This document shows, piece after piece, positions 51,166 through 61,153 of a stretch of 64,000 nucleotides of DNA; the first letter of the stretch is position 1; the number at the start of each line of letters is the position of its first letter. The position numbers were made by a program, and so were the translations under genes. The notes under the pieces were generated by a model. That model ran no database searches. It was not told where the DNA came from and saw only the letters and a program-made list of their open reading frames with translations. The stretch comes from an uncultured Chroococcidiopsis sp. Its GTDB lineage: Bacteria; Cyanobacteriota; Cyanobacteriia; Cyanobacteriales; Chroococcidiopsidaceae. The stretch is taken from the NCBI GenBank assembly GCA_964248365.1, contig CAXTYC010000012.1, positions 30,132 to 94,131 of the forward strand. The letters are read 5' to 3'.

Positions 51166-51293
51166 TTCGCGCATTCGCAATTTTGAGGGAAAAGGGAAAA
51201 GGTAATTCGTAATTTCTCCCTTGCCCCTGAAGCTCCCTTGCCCCTGAAGCCCCCCATCTCCCCTTGTCCTCCCCTAGCCCCAGCGCCCCTAGT

Positions 51294-51920
51294 ATGAAAC
51301 CTCGTAGAATTGCTCGTGAACTAGCTCTTTTAAGTCTGAGTCAACTGCCTAATTCTCCAGAAAAACTGCGAACCGTGCAGTTATCGAATTTATTAATAGC
51401 AGCGGTACGGACTTTAACGTCAGAAATGCAAGATTCGCTCTCAACTGCCTCCGGCGAACTGCAACGTGCTAGCGATCGCTTATTAACTAGTCAAACCCGT
51501 GCATCCAATGTACAAACAGCTAGAGTCATGGTTGAAGAAGCAATTGCTCTGACTCAAACTGCAATTAACCGTGTGGCTACAGTACAAGATTTGCCAGAAA
51601 TGATTCAGCTAGCAAATCAACCAGATTTTGATGTCCGCTCCTACGCCCTAAAAATTGTTACCGAAGTCAACGAAAACCGAGCTGAGATTGATAAATCTCT
51701 AGAGCAAGCCTTAGTAGATTGGCAATTAAACCGCCTCGCTCGGATTGACCGCGATATTTTGCGCATAGCAGTTGCAGAAATCAAGTATCTAGGGCTGGAA
51801 GATAGTGTAGCGATTAATGAAGCAGTCGAACTAGCTAAACGATACAGTGAAGAAGAAGGACACAAGTTTATTAATGGTGTTTTACGTCGGGTGACTGAGC
51901 AAATGAAGACAAAAATTTAG
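51294..51920 (+). CDS. nusB: Transcription antitermination factor NusB
   Basis: [42 protein letters not shown]. Confidence 0.95.
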   Translation: MKPRRIARELALLSLSQLPNSPEKLRTVQLSNLLIAAVRTLTSEMQDSLSTASGELQRASDRLLTSQTRASNVQTARVMVEEAIALTQTAINRVATVQDLPEMIQLANQPDFDVRSYALKIVTEVNENRAEIDKSLEQALVDWQLNRLARIDRDILRIAVAEIKYLGLEDSVAINEAVELAKRYSEEEGHKFINGVLRRVTEQMKTKI

Positions 51921-52017
51921 TAATCCCGCCTTCGCCCAGCGTCTAACCCCATCTCCCAAGCCTCTGCGCCTTTGTTCCAAGCCCCTATATAGCAACTGGT
52001 AAATTAAGTAAGGTTCA

Positions 52018-53706
52018 ATGGTTTTTAACTGGTTCCGTCGTAAATTTGATGAATCTGCCACTCCCCAAACGGAGGAACAAAGCGTATCCACTCCTCCACA
52101 AGACTCACTTGCACAATCAGCCCCTGACGCAGTAGCAGATGGGCAGCCTCAAGACGCGGCAACTGACTATCTCAGCTTTGCTAAGGCAGCCTACAAAAAT
52201 ATCCAGCAAAAACAGACACAGCTTCCTCTTGAGGAGCAGGGGAGCAAGGAGGCTGGGGAGCAGGGGAGCATAGAAGCACCAGTTGTGTCTGAATTAGCTG
52301 CCCAGCCAGCGGTTGAATCAATCGCCCCAGCGCAAGAAACACAACCCCCAGAGGCAGCAACCACCTCCTTGGAGCGGGAAAGCGCACCAGCAGTTGTCAA
52401 TGAACCAACTGGCGATGAAGCTAGTACAAAGGCTTTGCCAGAACAACAATTCGTTACAGCAGAGAATTCTGAACTAGATACCAGTTTGCTAGGGGTTGAA
52501 AGGGCTGGAACCCAAGCCCCTGCTTCTCAAAGTGAGGCGACAACGCCAGTACCATTTTGGGCAAGGGCAGAAGCAGACCGCCAAGCCAGACTCGAAAGGT
52601 TGAAGGCAACGGCATTTGAAGTACCAGAACCAGAGGTAGTACAGCCAGCCGCCCCATCTGACGAGCAGAGTGTACCCCAGACAACCCAAATTCCAGGTTT
52701 GGCTTTTGATGAAGGGTTTTTGTGGTCAACGGAAATTCTGCAAGCTCAAGGTCGTCGTCCCCACGACGTTTCGATTGAGGAAATTACTTGGCTCAAAAAG
52801 CTGCGGCAAGGCTTAGGTAAAACTCGTCGCAACATTGTCAACCAACTCAAGGCAATTGTCGGGCAAGGACCACTCAACTCGACAGCAGTGATGGAGATCG
52901 AAGCATTGCTGTTGCAAGCAGACGTGGGTGTAGAAGCAACAGAGTATATCATAAGTGCGCTACAAAATCAACTAAAGAAAGAAGCCCTACCACCAGACGC
53001 AGCGATCGCCTACCTGAAAAAAATTCTGCGCGATATGCTAGATCGCCCCCTGCAATCTCATAACGCTACTTTCGCTCCAGAAAAAGATACCTTAAACATT
53101 TGGCTAATTACAGGGGTAAATGGCGCAGGTAAAACTACTACTATCGGTAAAATCGCCCATATAGCCCAAAAATCAGGATATAAATGCCTAATTGGGGCTG
53201 CTGATACCTTCCGCGCCGCCGCCGTAGAGCAAGTGAAAGTTTGGGGCGCTCGTAGTGGAATCGAAGTCATCGCCAATCCTGGTAAAAATACAGATCCAGC
53301 CGCTGTCGTGTTTGATGCGATCGCAGCCGCACAGGCACGGGAAACAGAATTACTCTTGATCGACACCGCAGGGCGACTACAGAACAAGAAGAACTTGATG
53401 GACGAACTGGGCAAAATCCGCCGCATCATCGATAAAAAAGCCGCCAATGCCAAAGTTGAATCATTATTGGTTTTAGATGCCACTCTGGGTCAAAACGGAC
53501 TGCGACAAGCGGAAATTTTTGCCTCTGCTGCCTCTCTCAGCGGCGTTGTCTTAACCAAGCTCGATGGCACAGCCAAAGGTGGTATTGCCCTAGCCATCGT
53601 GCAGCAGCTAAATTTACCTATTCGCTTTATTGGCGCTGGTGAAGGCATTGAAGATCTCCGCCCCTTTTCTAGCTACGAATTCGTAGAAGCTTTGTTGAGT
53701 ACTTAG
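52018..53706 (+). CDS. ftsY: Signal recognition particle receptor FtsY
   Basis: Acidic N-region; GVNGAGKTTT, DTFRAAA, DTAGR, TKLDGTAKGG. Confidence 0.97.
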   Translation: MVFNWFRRKFDESATPQTEEQSVSTPPQDSLAQSAPDAVADGQPQDAATDYLSFAKAAYKNIQQKQTQLPLEEQGSKEAGEQGSIEAPVVSELAAQPAVESIAPAQETQPPEAATTSLERESAPAVVNEPTGDEASTKALPEQQFVTAENSELDTSLLGVERAGTQAPASQSEATTPVPFWARAEADRQARLERLKATAFEVPEPEVVQPAAPSDEQSVPQTTQIPGLAFDEGFLWSTEILQAQGRRPHDVSIEEITWLKKLRQGLGKTRRNIVNQLKAIVGQGPLNSTAVMEIEALLLQADVGVEATEYIISALQNQLKKEALPPDAAIAYLKKILRDMLDRPLQSHNATFAPEKDTLNIWLITGVNGAGKTTTIGKIAHIAQKSGYKCLIGAADTFRAAAVEQVKVWGARSGIEVIANPGKNTDPAAVVFDAIAAAQARETELLLIDTAGRLQNKKNLMDELGKIRRIIDKKAANAKVESLLVLDATLGQNGLRQAEIFASAASLSGVVLTKLDGTAKGGIALAIVQQLNLPIRFIGAGEGIEDLRPFSSYEFVEALLST

Positions 53707-54064
53707 TAGCTAGCTAGTTAAAATACTGATCTGGGAAATTCAGTAATTTTGTCACAGCAATCTGATTCAGTTTTAAGCTAAGATAACTCAACTTAAAACT
53801 GTTAATACTTCTTATGTCTAGTCATTAAGGAGGATGCAAAAGTGAACAATATTACAAGTAAAATCCAAAGTTAAATCTAAATTCTCAAGTAGGGATTTAT
53901 AAGAAAGAGCCACAGGGGCAATGGTATACAAACTGATAAATTACTTTTTTCACTATCCATTCGCTATAGTTCAAACAAGCTATTGCTTAATTTCTTAGCT
54001 GATTGCTACCCTTGTATACTGCCTAACTTGATGGCTCACGACTCACTTTAGTGCAATAACACTT

Positions 54065-55453
54065 GTGTCTGTGCCTCAACCACCCTTCCAACCTGCTGAC
54101 CGGAGTAGCCCCTCTGCTACAGATGTTAACCCAGTAGTGGCGCTCAAAGAACTTGTGGCGCGTCTTTATCGGGAACAGAACAAAGTCCAAGACTTGCTCA
54201 GTTCTCTAGGATTTGCCCTCCGCAGTTTCAACAACCTAAATCAGTTTCTGGAACTAATTCCGCTGATGGCAACACGGGTGACAGATGCTGACGGTGGCGC
54301 TCTGTTTATGTATAAACCGAACGGTCAGGTAAGCTTGGAAAAGCTACACTGCCAAAATATTCACCAGCGTAAGCATATCCGTAAGGCACTAGAGGCAGCA
54401 ACCAGCGTCGTCACAGCCTCTTTAACTACTGCCCAGATTGTTCCGGCTGGGGCTACTTTGGATGCTCAGGTAAGCCGCTATTTGGGTTCGTCCATTCAAT
54501 TATTTGGCACGACAATTTTGGTTAAGCAGGCAGAACGAGGAAGGCTTTATGTCTTCAGCAGCGATCCAGAATATACCTGGACGGAAACCAGACAGAAGTT
54601 AGTCCGATTAGTAGCGGATCAAACGGCAGTAGCAATTGAAAATGATGAATTGAAAGTAGAACTACGCAAAAAAGAACGTCTAGATCGAGAGTTAGAAATC
54701 GGTGCAGAAATTCAACTGCGACTACTGCCGCGTCAATGCCCTAATATACCAGGTGTGGCGATCGCCGCAAAATGTCAGCCAGCAAATCGGGTAGGGGGAG
54801 ACTACTACGATTTTATTCCCGTTGACCACAATCTAAATCAACTTAACTTCAAAGGTGGAGCAGCCAATCGCTGGGGGTTGGTGATTGGTGATGTGATGGG
54901 AAAAGGTGTCCCCGCTGGATTAATTATGACGATGACTAGGGGAATGCTACGGGCAGAGGTGCTAAATGAACACTCTCCAGCTCAGATTCTGCAACACCTA
55001 AACCGAGTAATGTATACCGATCTGGAAAATTCCCATCGCTTTGTAACTCTGTTTTACTCAGAATATGATCCCCAGACTCGCAAACTTACTTTTAGTAATG
55101 CAGCTCATAATCCACCTTTATTGTGGCAAGCAGCAACAAAATCTGTTAAGCGTTTGGATACGATAGGAATGCTAATCGGATTGGATGCCCAAAGCCACTA
55201 TGAAGATGCTCAAGTTCAGCTAGAGCCTGGAGATACGATTATTTACTACACAGATGGCTTTACCGATGCTGCTAACCAAAGTGGCGATCGCTTTGACGAA
55301 GAAAACTTAATCAATGCCTTCAATTTCGCCTGTCGCCATTGCCCAAATCCACAGGCAATTCTCGACTACCTATTTACTCAAGTCCAAAAGTTTATTGGCT
55401 CAACCAATCAAAATCAAGATGACATGACCTTGGTTGTCATGCAAGTCAATTAA
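54065..55453 (+). CDS. GAF + PP2C/SpoIIE (RsbU-like) phosphatase
   Basis: VGGDYYD, IGDVMGKG, YTDG, DDMT. Confidence 0.92.
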   Translation: MSVPQPPFQPADRSSPSATDVNPVVALKELVARLYREQNKVQDLLSSLGFALRSFNNLNQFLELIPLMATRVTDADGGALFMYKPNGQVSLEKLHCQNIHQRKHIRKALEAATSVVTASLTTAQIVPAGATLDAQVSRYLGSSIQLFGTTILVKQAERGRLYVFSSDPEYTWTETRQKLVRLVADQTAVAIENDELKVELRKKERLDRELEIGAEIQLRLLPRQCPNIPGVAIAAKCQPANRVGGDYYDFIPVDHNLNQLNFKGGAANRWGLVIGDVMGKGVPAGLIMTMTRGMLRAEVLNEHSPAQILQHLNRVMYTDLENSHRFVTLFYSEYDPQTRKLTFSNAAHNPPLLWQAATKSVKRLDTIGMLIGLDAQSHYEDAQVQLEPGDTIIYYTDGFTDAANQSGDRFDEENLINAFNFACRHCPNPQAILDYLFTQVQKFIGSTNQNQDDMTLVVMQVN

Positions 55454-55789
55454 GAGTGAGGGGCTAGGGGCTAGGGGCTAGGGGCTAGGGAGAGCAAAAG
55501 GGAGCAAAAGGAAGAAAGTGCATTTAAATTTATTGACTTAAAAGGATGAAATATGGTATAAGAGCATATTTTTGTTTACTGCGCTCCCCCAGCCTCCTCA
55601 GCTCCCTTTTGCTTTCTCCTAGCCTCTAGCCTCTAGCCTCTAGCCTCTAGCCTCTAGCCTCTAGCCCCTAGCCCCTAGCCCCTAGCCACTGATTTGGCTT
55701 TGTGTTAAGACAGTCGTGGAAAACTGATGTTTCCTGCGGTTAAGTTCTTAGCTAACTTTACCTGTGAAGCATATTTTTATTAGGATAAC

Positions 55790-56038
55790 GTGATGGAAGT
55801 TGATCCCATGCCAGAAATAAACGTTTGGTTGCCTAGTACGACTTATGATGCATCCCAATTGCTGGGACACTCATCAATCAATTACATAGCAGTAACTCCA
55901 ACAAGCATCAAAGACCCAGATTTGTTAGGAAATGTGGAAAAATCGTTTAACCACTTTGTTCAAACAGGTCAAGTTTGGGCATTGCTAATTGGGCTAGTTC
56001 TAGGATATATGTTTCGGAGTATGACTAGCTACGGGTAA
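55790..56038 (+). CDS. Small membrane protein
   Basis: C-terminal FVQTGQVWALLIGLVLGY TM segment; start uncertain. Confidence 0.7.
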   Translation: MMEVDPMPEINVWLPSTTYDASQLLGHSSINYIAVTPTSIKDPDLLGNVEKSFNHFVQTGQVWALLIGLVLGYMFRSMTSYG

Positions 56039-56179
56039 TTTTTTCCTATAGTTTCAAAGCTAGCTGGATACTAGATTCCACAAATCTACCCATTGGTGTC
56101 ATCATCTGTAAAGCAGCAGTCATTGGTAATCAATGGTCAAGAGTACACTGTGGAAATCTAGCAACTTGAGGGTGAAGAT

Positions 56180-57595
56180 TTGAATACACAACCCCCCCAA
56201 CAACCAGCAGCAATGCCACAACAAACTTGGAGCCAACGATTTGAAACGGCTCTACATCCTGCGATCGCTCGCTTTAATGCCAGTATCAGCTTTGATATTG
56301 AATTAATTGAGTATGACATCACTGGCTCACAAGCTCACGCCAAGATGCTTGGTCATACTGGAATTATCCCCAGGTCGGAAGCAAAACAGTTAGTCTCCGG
56401 TTTAGAACAAATTCGTCAGGAATACCGTCAAGGACAATTCAATCCAGGTATTGAGGCGGAAGATGTGCATTTTGCCGTAGAGCGACGGCTGACCGAAATT
56501 GTCGGTGAGGTAGGTAAAAAGCTACACACTGCGCGATCGCGTAACGATCAAGTTGGTACTGATATCCGACTTTACCTCCGCGACCAAATAGGGGACATTC
56601 GCTCTCAAATCAGGGAGTTTCAAACAGTTTTGCTTGATTTAGCAACTCAAAACGTTGAAACTCTCATCCCTGGCTACACCCACTTGCAACGCGCCCAACC
56701 CTTGAGTTTAGCTCATCATCTCCTTGCCTACTTCCAAATGCTACAACGGGACTGGGAACGCTTGCAAGATGTTTACTGCCGCGTCAATATATCTCCTTTG
56801 GGCAGTGGAGCTTTAGCCGGAACTACCTTTCCGATTGACCGCGATTTCACAAAAAAGGAGTTGAAATTTGACGGCGTTTATGCTAATAGCCTAGATGGAG
56901 TAAGCGATCGTGACTTTGGGATCGAATTCCTTTGTGCCGCCAGCTTAATTATGGTTCACCTTTCGCGGCTGTCTGAGGAAGTAATTCTTTGGGCATCAGA
57001 GGAATTTGGCTTTGTCCGGCTCAAAGATAGCTGTGCTACAGGCTCCAGCATTATGCCCCAAAAGAAAAACCCCGACGTGCCAGAACTGGTACGGGGCAAA
57101 AGTGGACGAGTATTTGGTCATCTCCAGGCATTGCTAGTGCTGATGAAGGGCTTACCCTTGGCATACAACAAAGATCTGCAAGAAGACAAAGAAGCATTAT
57201 TTGACGCTGTAAAGACAGTTAAGGCAAGCCTTGAGGCTATGACTATTCTGCTACGCGAGGGGCTGGAATTTCGCACCACTCGCTTAGCAGCAGCCGTAGC
57301 CGAGGACTTTTCTAATGCTACGGATGTAGCCGACTATTTAGCAGCACGGGGCGTTCCCTTCCGAGAGGCATACAACCTGGTGGGTAAAGTCGTAAAAACT
57401 TGCATCGCTGCTGGTAAACTCCTCAAAGATTTAAGCTTGGAGGAATGGAAAGAACTGCATCCGGCATTTGAAGCAGATATATACCAAGCGATCGCACCTG
57501 AGCAAGTTGTTTGTGCTCGTAACAGCTACGGTGGTACTGGCTTTGAGCAGGTACGCAAAGCAATCCAAGTTGCCCAGTCTAAACTGAGGGCGTAG
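56180..57595 (+). CDS. argH: Argininosuccinate lyase
   Basis: [39 protein letters not shown]. Confidence 0.97.
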   Translation: MNTQPPQQPAAMPQQTWSQRFETALHPAIARFNASISFDIELIEYDITGSQAHAKMLGHTGIIPRSEAKQLVSGLEQIRQEYRQGQFNPGIEAEDVHFAVERRLTEIVGEVGKKLHTARSRNDQVGTDIRLYLRDQIGDIRSQIREFQTVLLDLATQNVETLIPGYTHLQRAQPLSLAHHLLAYFQMLQRDWERLQDVYCRVNISPLGSGALAGTTFPIDRDFTKKELKFDGVYANSLDGVSDRDFGIEFLCAASLIMVHLSRLSEEVILWASEEFGFVRLKDSCATGSSIMPQKKNPDVPELVRGKSGRVFGHLQALLVLMKGLPLAYNKDLQEDKEALFDAVKTVKASLEAMTILLREGLEFRTTRLAAAVAEDFSNATDVADYLAARGVPFREAYNLVGKVVKTCIAAGKLLKDLSLEEWKELHPAFEADIYQAIAPEQVVCARNSYGGTGFEQVRKAIQVAQSKLRA

Positions 57596-57750
57596 GGAAA
57601 AGATAAAGGCTAAAGGCAGAAGGTTGAAGGGGAAAGGGAAAAGGGGAAAGACAAGGGGCAAGGGGGCAGGGGGGCTTCGGGTGCAGGGGGGAAATCTATT
57701 GTAGTTCTCTCCTGTGCACCTGAAGCTCTCTTCTAACCCCTAGTGCCTAA

Positions 57751-57909
57751 TTAAGACTCACTTGCTGCTCCTTCATCTTCTTCAGCCTGTGGCTGCTGTT
57801 GTGTATTCCTTCTCTGGAAACGACCCGTAGTAGTACGTTTACGAAACTTACGGGCGTATGCCTGGTTCCGTAGCGCCTTTTCTTTTTTCGGGTTACGGCG
57901 CTTAGCCAT
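57751..57909 (-). CDS. Small highly basic protein (52 aa) with acidic tail
   Basis: GAGG RBS then MAKRRNPKKEKALRNQAYARKFRKR... Confidence 0.75.
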   Translation of the reverse strand: MAKRRNPKKEKALRNQAYARKFRKRTTTGRFQRRNTQQQPQAEEDEGAASES

Positions 57910-58369
57910 GTTCACCTCATTATTTGTAGACAATATAAACACTGCCTCTAGATTCTCTAAAGACAATTAGACTTACCGATATTATTATGCAGTATTCTTC
58001 TTTGCAAGTGCGAATTAAGGCAAAAAATGACCCGCAACAAGCCCAAAGGTTTGGGGTTGTTGGGAACAAAATTGCCTTTTCGTCTGGACGCGATATCTCG
58101 TGTCTATACTGCTAACAGGTATCTCGTTTTCTGGTAACTGATTTCCCGAGTCCCGACTTGGAGCAAGAATTATATTATACCTGTGGGACAGGATAGTTTG
58201 AAATTACACATTGATACAAGTATATTTTGAATGTAGATGATAATATTGATTTAATCTTTGCATATTACCAAAAACTGAGGCGTTTGTAATTTTTGTTACT
58301 TATGATTAGTCTTAAATAAGATTAATTACATTTGATTTAAGTTAATAAATACTAATTGACAGTTAAAGA

Positions 58370-58864
58370 GTGAAAGTTTTCTCCCATGTTGCTACAACTG
58401 TCCGGTCTATGCGTGGCTTATGGCGATTTGTCCAAACCGTAATAGGTATTATCTTCCGCCATCCCATTGCTGGCACTAGTATCATTCCAATTTTGCCTGA
58501 TGGTCGGATTGTCCTGATTCAACGACGGGATAATGGTCTATGGTCGCTACCAGGTGGAATGGTAGACTGGGGCGAAGATATTCCTACTGCTGTCAGAAGA
58601 GAATTAGCTGAGGAAACAGGACTGGAATTAGTGAAGATTCGCCGCTTAGTTGGAGTTTATTCAGCCCCAGACCGCGATCCGCGTATCCATTCTATTTGTA
58701 TTGTAGTTGAAGCAGAAGTTCAAGGCAGGATGAAAATTCACGATCAGCTGGAAGTGAAGGAAGTCGGGGCGTTTTCCCCCTCCTCTCTGCCTCCTGGTAA
58801 GTTGGCTCACGATCACACTCGGCAATTGCAAGATTATTTTGCTGGGTTGACGACTTTGGCTTAA
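58370..58864 (+). CDS. NUDIX hydrolase
   Basis: Nudix box GGMVDWGEDIPTAVRRELAEETGL. Confidence 0.93.
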   Translation: MKVFSHVATTVRSMRGLWRFVQTVIGIIFRHPIAGTSIIPILPDGRIVLIQRRDNGLWSLPGGMVDWGEDIPTAVRRELAEETGLELVKIRRLVGVYSAPDRDPRIHSICIVVEAEVQGRMKIHDQLEVKEVGAFSPSSLPPGKLAHDHTRQLQDYFAGLTTLA

Positions 58865-59528
58865 CCAGGAAGAACTCGACAAGTTAAGCAGCAGATAGTG
58901 GAGATGACGCTCAATGGGAGTGGGGTGAGAGATATTGCACTCGTGTTGGATGTTAGTCCCACCACCGTGATTCAAGAATTAAAAAAAAATTGCACACCTC
59001 AAACCAGTCAATCAGAAACTATTGTGATGGCTAAAACCTCACAGTAGTGTGGAGGTAGAGATTGTCCGAGTTGAAGAGCCTGTTGAGGCTGGAATTGAGG
59101 AATCTGAGGAGCGATCAAATGTGGAGTTATGTGGGTAAAAAGACCAACCCCAGATGGCTCTGGGATGCGATTGACCGCCCCACAAGTCAGGTACTAGCTT
59201 ATGTGTTTGGTCGCCGCAAAGACAAGGTGTTTCTCCAACTGGGGAAGCTACTCGAACCGTTTGGGATTAAACGATACTGTACAGATGGCTGGGGAGCTTG
59301 TGCGAGGGGCATTTAGCAACACAGATGCACGAAGTAGGCAAGCGCAAAACGCAAACAATTGAACGAAAGCATCTGAGGTTAAGGACAACAATCAAGCGAT
59401 TAACCCGCAAGACGATTTGCTTTTCTAAGACGGAGCTTATGCATGATTTGGTGATTGGTCTATTCATCAATCGCGCTTGAGTTTGGTCTACTGATTTGAG
59501 TCTTAAACCACTCATCTAGAACACTACC
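58865..59528 (+). mobile_element. Truncated, decayed IS1-family element
   Basis: InsA tail (IVEMTLNGSGVRDIA...VSPTTVIQELKK) with A-run; InsB fragments (DQMWSYVGKK, YCTDGW, TQTIERKHLRLR...RKTICFSK); right end ...CTAGAACACTACC; no left end. Confidence 0.88.
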
Positions 59529-59756
59529 AAATATATATAAAGTTAACTCGATGTCGTAGGAACAACCGAAATTTCACCAACAGGTTTAGTGAGTGAAAAA
59601 TAATGATTCAGTAGAAATAAATAGGCAAGTTAAATATTTTTAAAGGGTGTCTAATATCAGATAAAATACTGAAAACAAATAAAAATAAAAATGGGAAACC
59701 AGTTACCAGTTACAAGTTACAGCTAACAGCTAACAGCTAATAGGTAAATGTTTAGC

Positions 59757-60734
59757 TCAATTGTTCACAGCAGAAAGTTGTTGCAGGAAAAACTCTTCTA
59801 GGGATGGGCGGGCTAAGTTCATGGCAATGATTTGACCACCCATTAAGCGTAGATTTGCCATAAAATCATAGGGTTCACCTAAGATTTCACCTTGCCAAAC
59901 GCCATCAGCCTCTAATTTAAGATTGGATACCCATTTGTTAAGTAATTCTATGTCACCGCCTTTGGCTTTGATGTGATAACTGTTATTGGTTCCTAGCAAT
60001 TCATCGAGAGAACCGCTGCAAATCAACTCGCCAGAAGCGAGAATGGCAATGCGATCGCAAATTTGTTCTACCTCTGACAAGACGTGGCTATTGAAGAAAA
60101 TTGTCTTGCCTTGTTCTTTGAGCGAGAGAATAATCTGCCGCATCTGGTAACGTCCTACCGGATCTAAACCAGACATTGGTTCATCCAAAAAAACTAATTT
60201 TGGATCGTTAATTAAAGCTTGCGCCATCCCAACTCTTTGTAACATTCCTTTGGAATACTGACGCAACTGCTTTTTGCGAGCTGCTAGCAGGGGTAATCCA
60301 ACTAATTCGAGCAACTGAGGAATTCGCCCCCGCTGTACTTTAGCAGGGATTTGGAATAATCCTGCACTCATCTGCAAGAATTCCCAACCTGTTAAGTAGT
60401 CGTAGTAATAGGCGTTTTCAGGCAAATAGCCGATATATTGCTTAACAGTGCGATCGCCCAAAGGATGTCCCAACAATAAACCATCCCCAGAGGTAGGGCG
60501 GATAATTCCTAACAGAAGCTTCAACAGCGTAGTTTTTCCGGCTCCATTTGGTCCCAATAGACCAAAAGTTTCGCCTGGGTAAACGGTGAGCGAACAGCTT
60601 TTGAGAGAGGTAATTTTTTGATTTAGCCAAAAGCCAGTTCGATAGACTTTCCGCAATTGGGAAGTCTGGATGATCGGTTGACGATCTTGGAAATTGGACT
60701 CAAAAGTAGGCTCGTCTCCTGCAACAGGCTTCAT
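59757..60734 (-). CDS. ABC transporter ATP-binding protein
   Basis: GPNGAGKTT, YSKGM, FLDEP, SH. Confidence 0.94.
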   Translation of the reverse strand: MKPVAGDEPTFESNFQDRQPIIQTSQLRKVYRTGFWLNQKITSLKSCSLTVYPGETFGLLGPNGAGKTTLLKLLLGIIRPTSGDGLLLGHPLGDRTVKQYIGYLPENAYYYDYLTGWEFLQMSAGLFQIPAKVQRGRIPQLLELVGLPLLAARKKQLRQYSKGMLQRVGMAQALINDPKLVFLDEPMSGLDPVGRYQMRQIILSLKEQGKTIFFNSHVLSEVEQICDRIAILASGELICSGSLDELLGTNNSYHIKAKGGDIELLNKWVSNLKLEADGVWQGEILGEPYDFMANLRLMGGQIIAMNLARPSLEEFFLQQLSAVNN

Positions 60735-60913
60735 GTCAGTTTAAGTTACCTTTTCTCGACACCATAGTGTCAACTGATATTATGGCTCATAACATTTTGG
60801 ATTTTTGATTTTGGATTTTGGATTGTCAAATTAATGCCCCAAGGTGATTTGCAGGGTTTTAGGTGCAAGATTATAGAAGAGATAGTTAAAAAACTTTACT
60901 TTTGAGGAAACTC

Positions 60914-61087
60914 ATGGAGCGCTCAAAACTAGTTGCGATTATTACAGGTGCAATTTCAATCATTCTGGCGATCGCCTATTTATTAATTGTCCAGATCTTG
61001 GACTTTCGCGGCGAGATGCTACCAGCACCTCAAAGTCAGATGCTGCAATCAACCCTCGTGATTGCCCAAATCTTGCCTCACCATTAA
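60914..61087 (+). CDS. Small single-TM protein
   Basis: GAGG RBS; MERSKLVAIITGAISIILAIAYLLIVQILDFRGEMLPAP. Confidence 0.75.
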   Translation: MERSKLVAIITGAISIILAIAYLLIVQILDFRGEMLPAPQSQMLQSTLVIAQILPHH

Positions 61088-61153
61088 GACGTAGGAGCGG
61101 GTTTTACCGACATACTTGTTGTGGCAGATATTTTAGAACAACCCGCCCCTACT

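Noticed and set aside
50639..53483. Several 66-146 aa antisense ORFs over DUF502, nusB and ftsY (and similar ones elsewhere)
   Set aside because: Shadow frames of well-supported genes with no independent motifs
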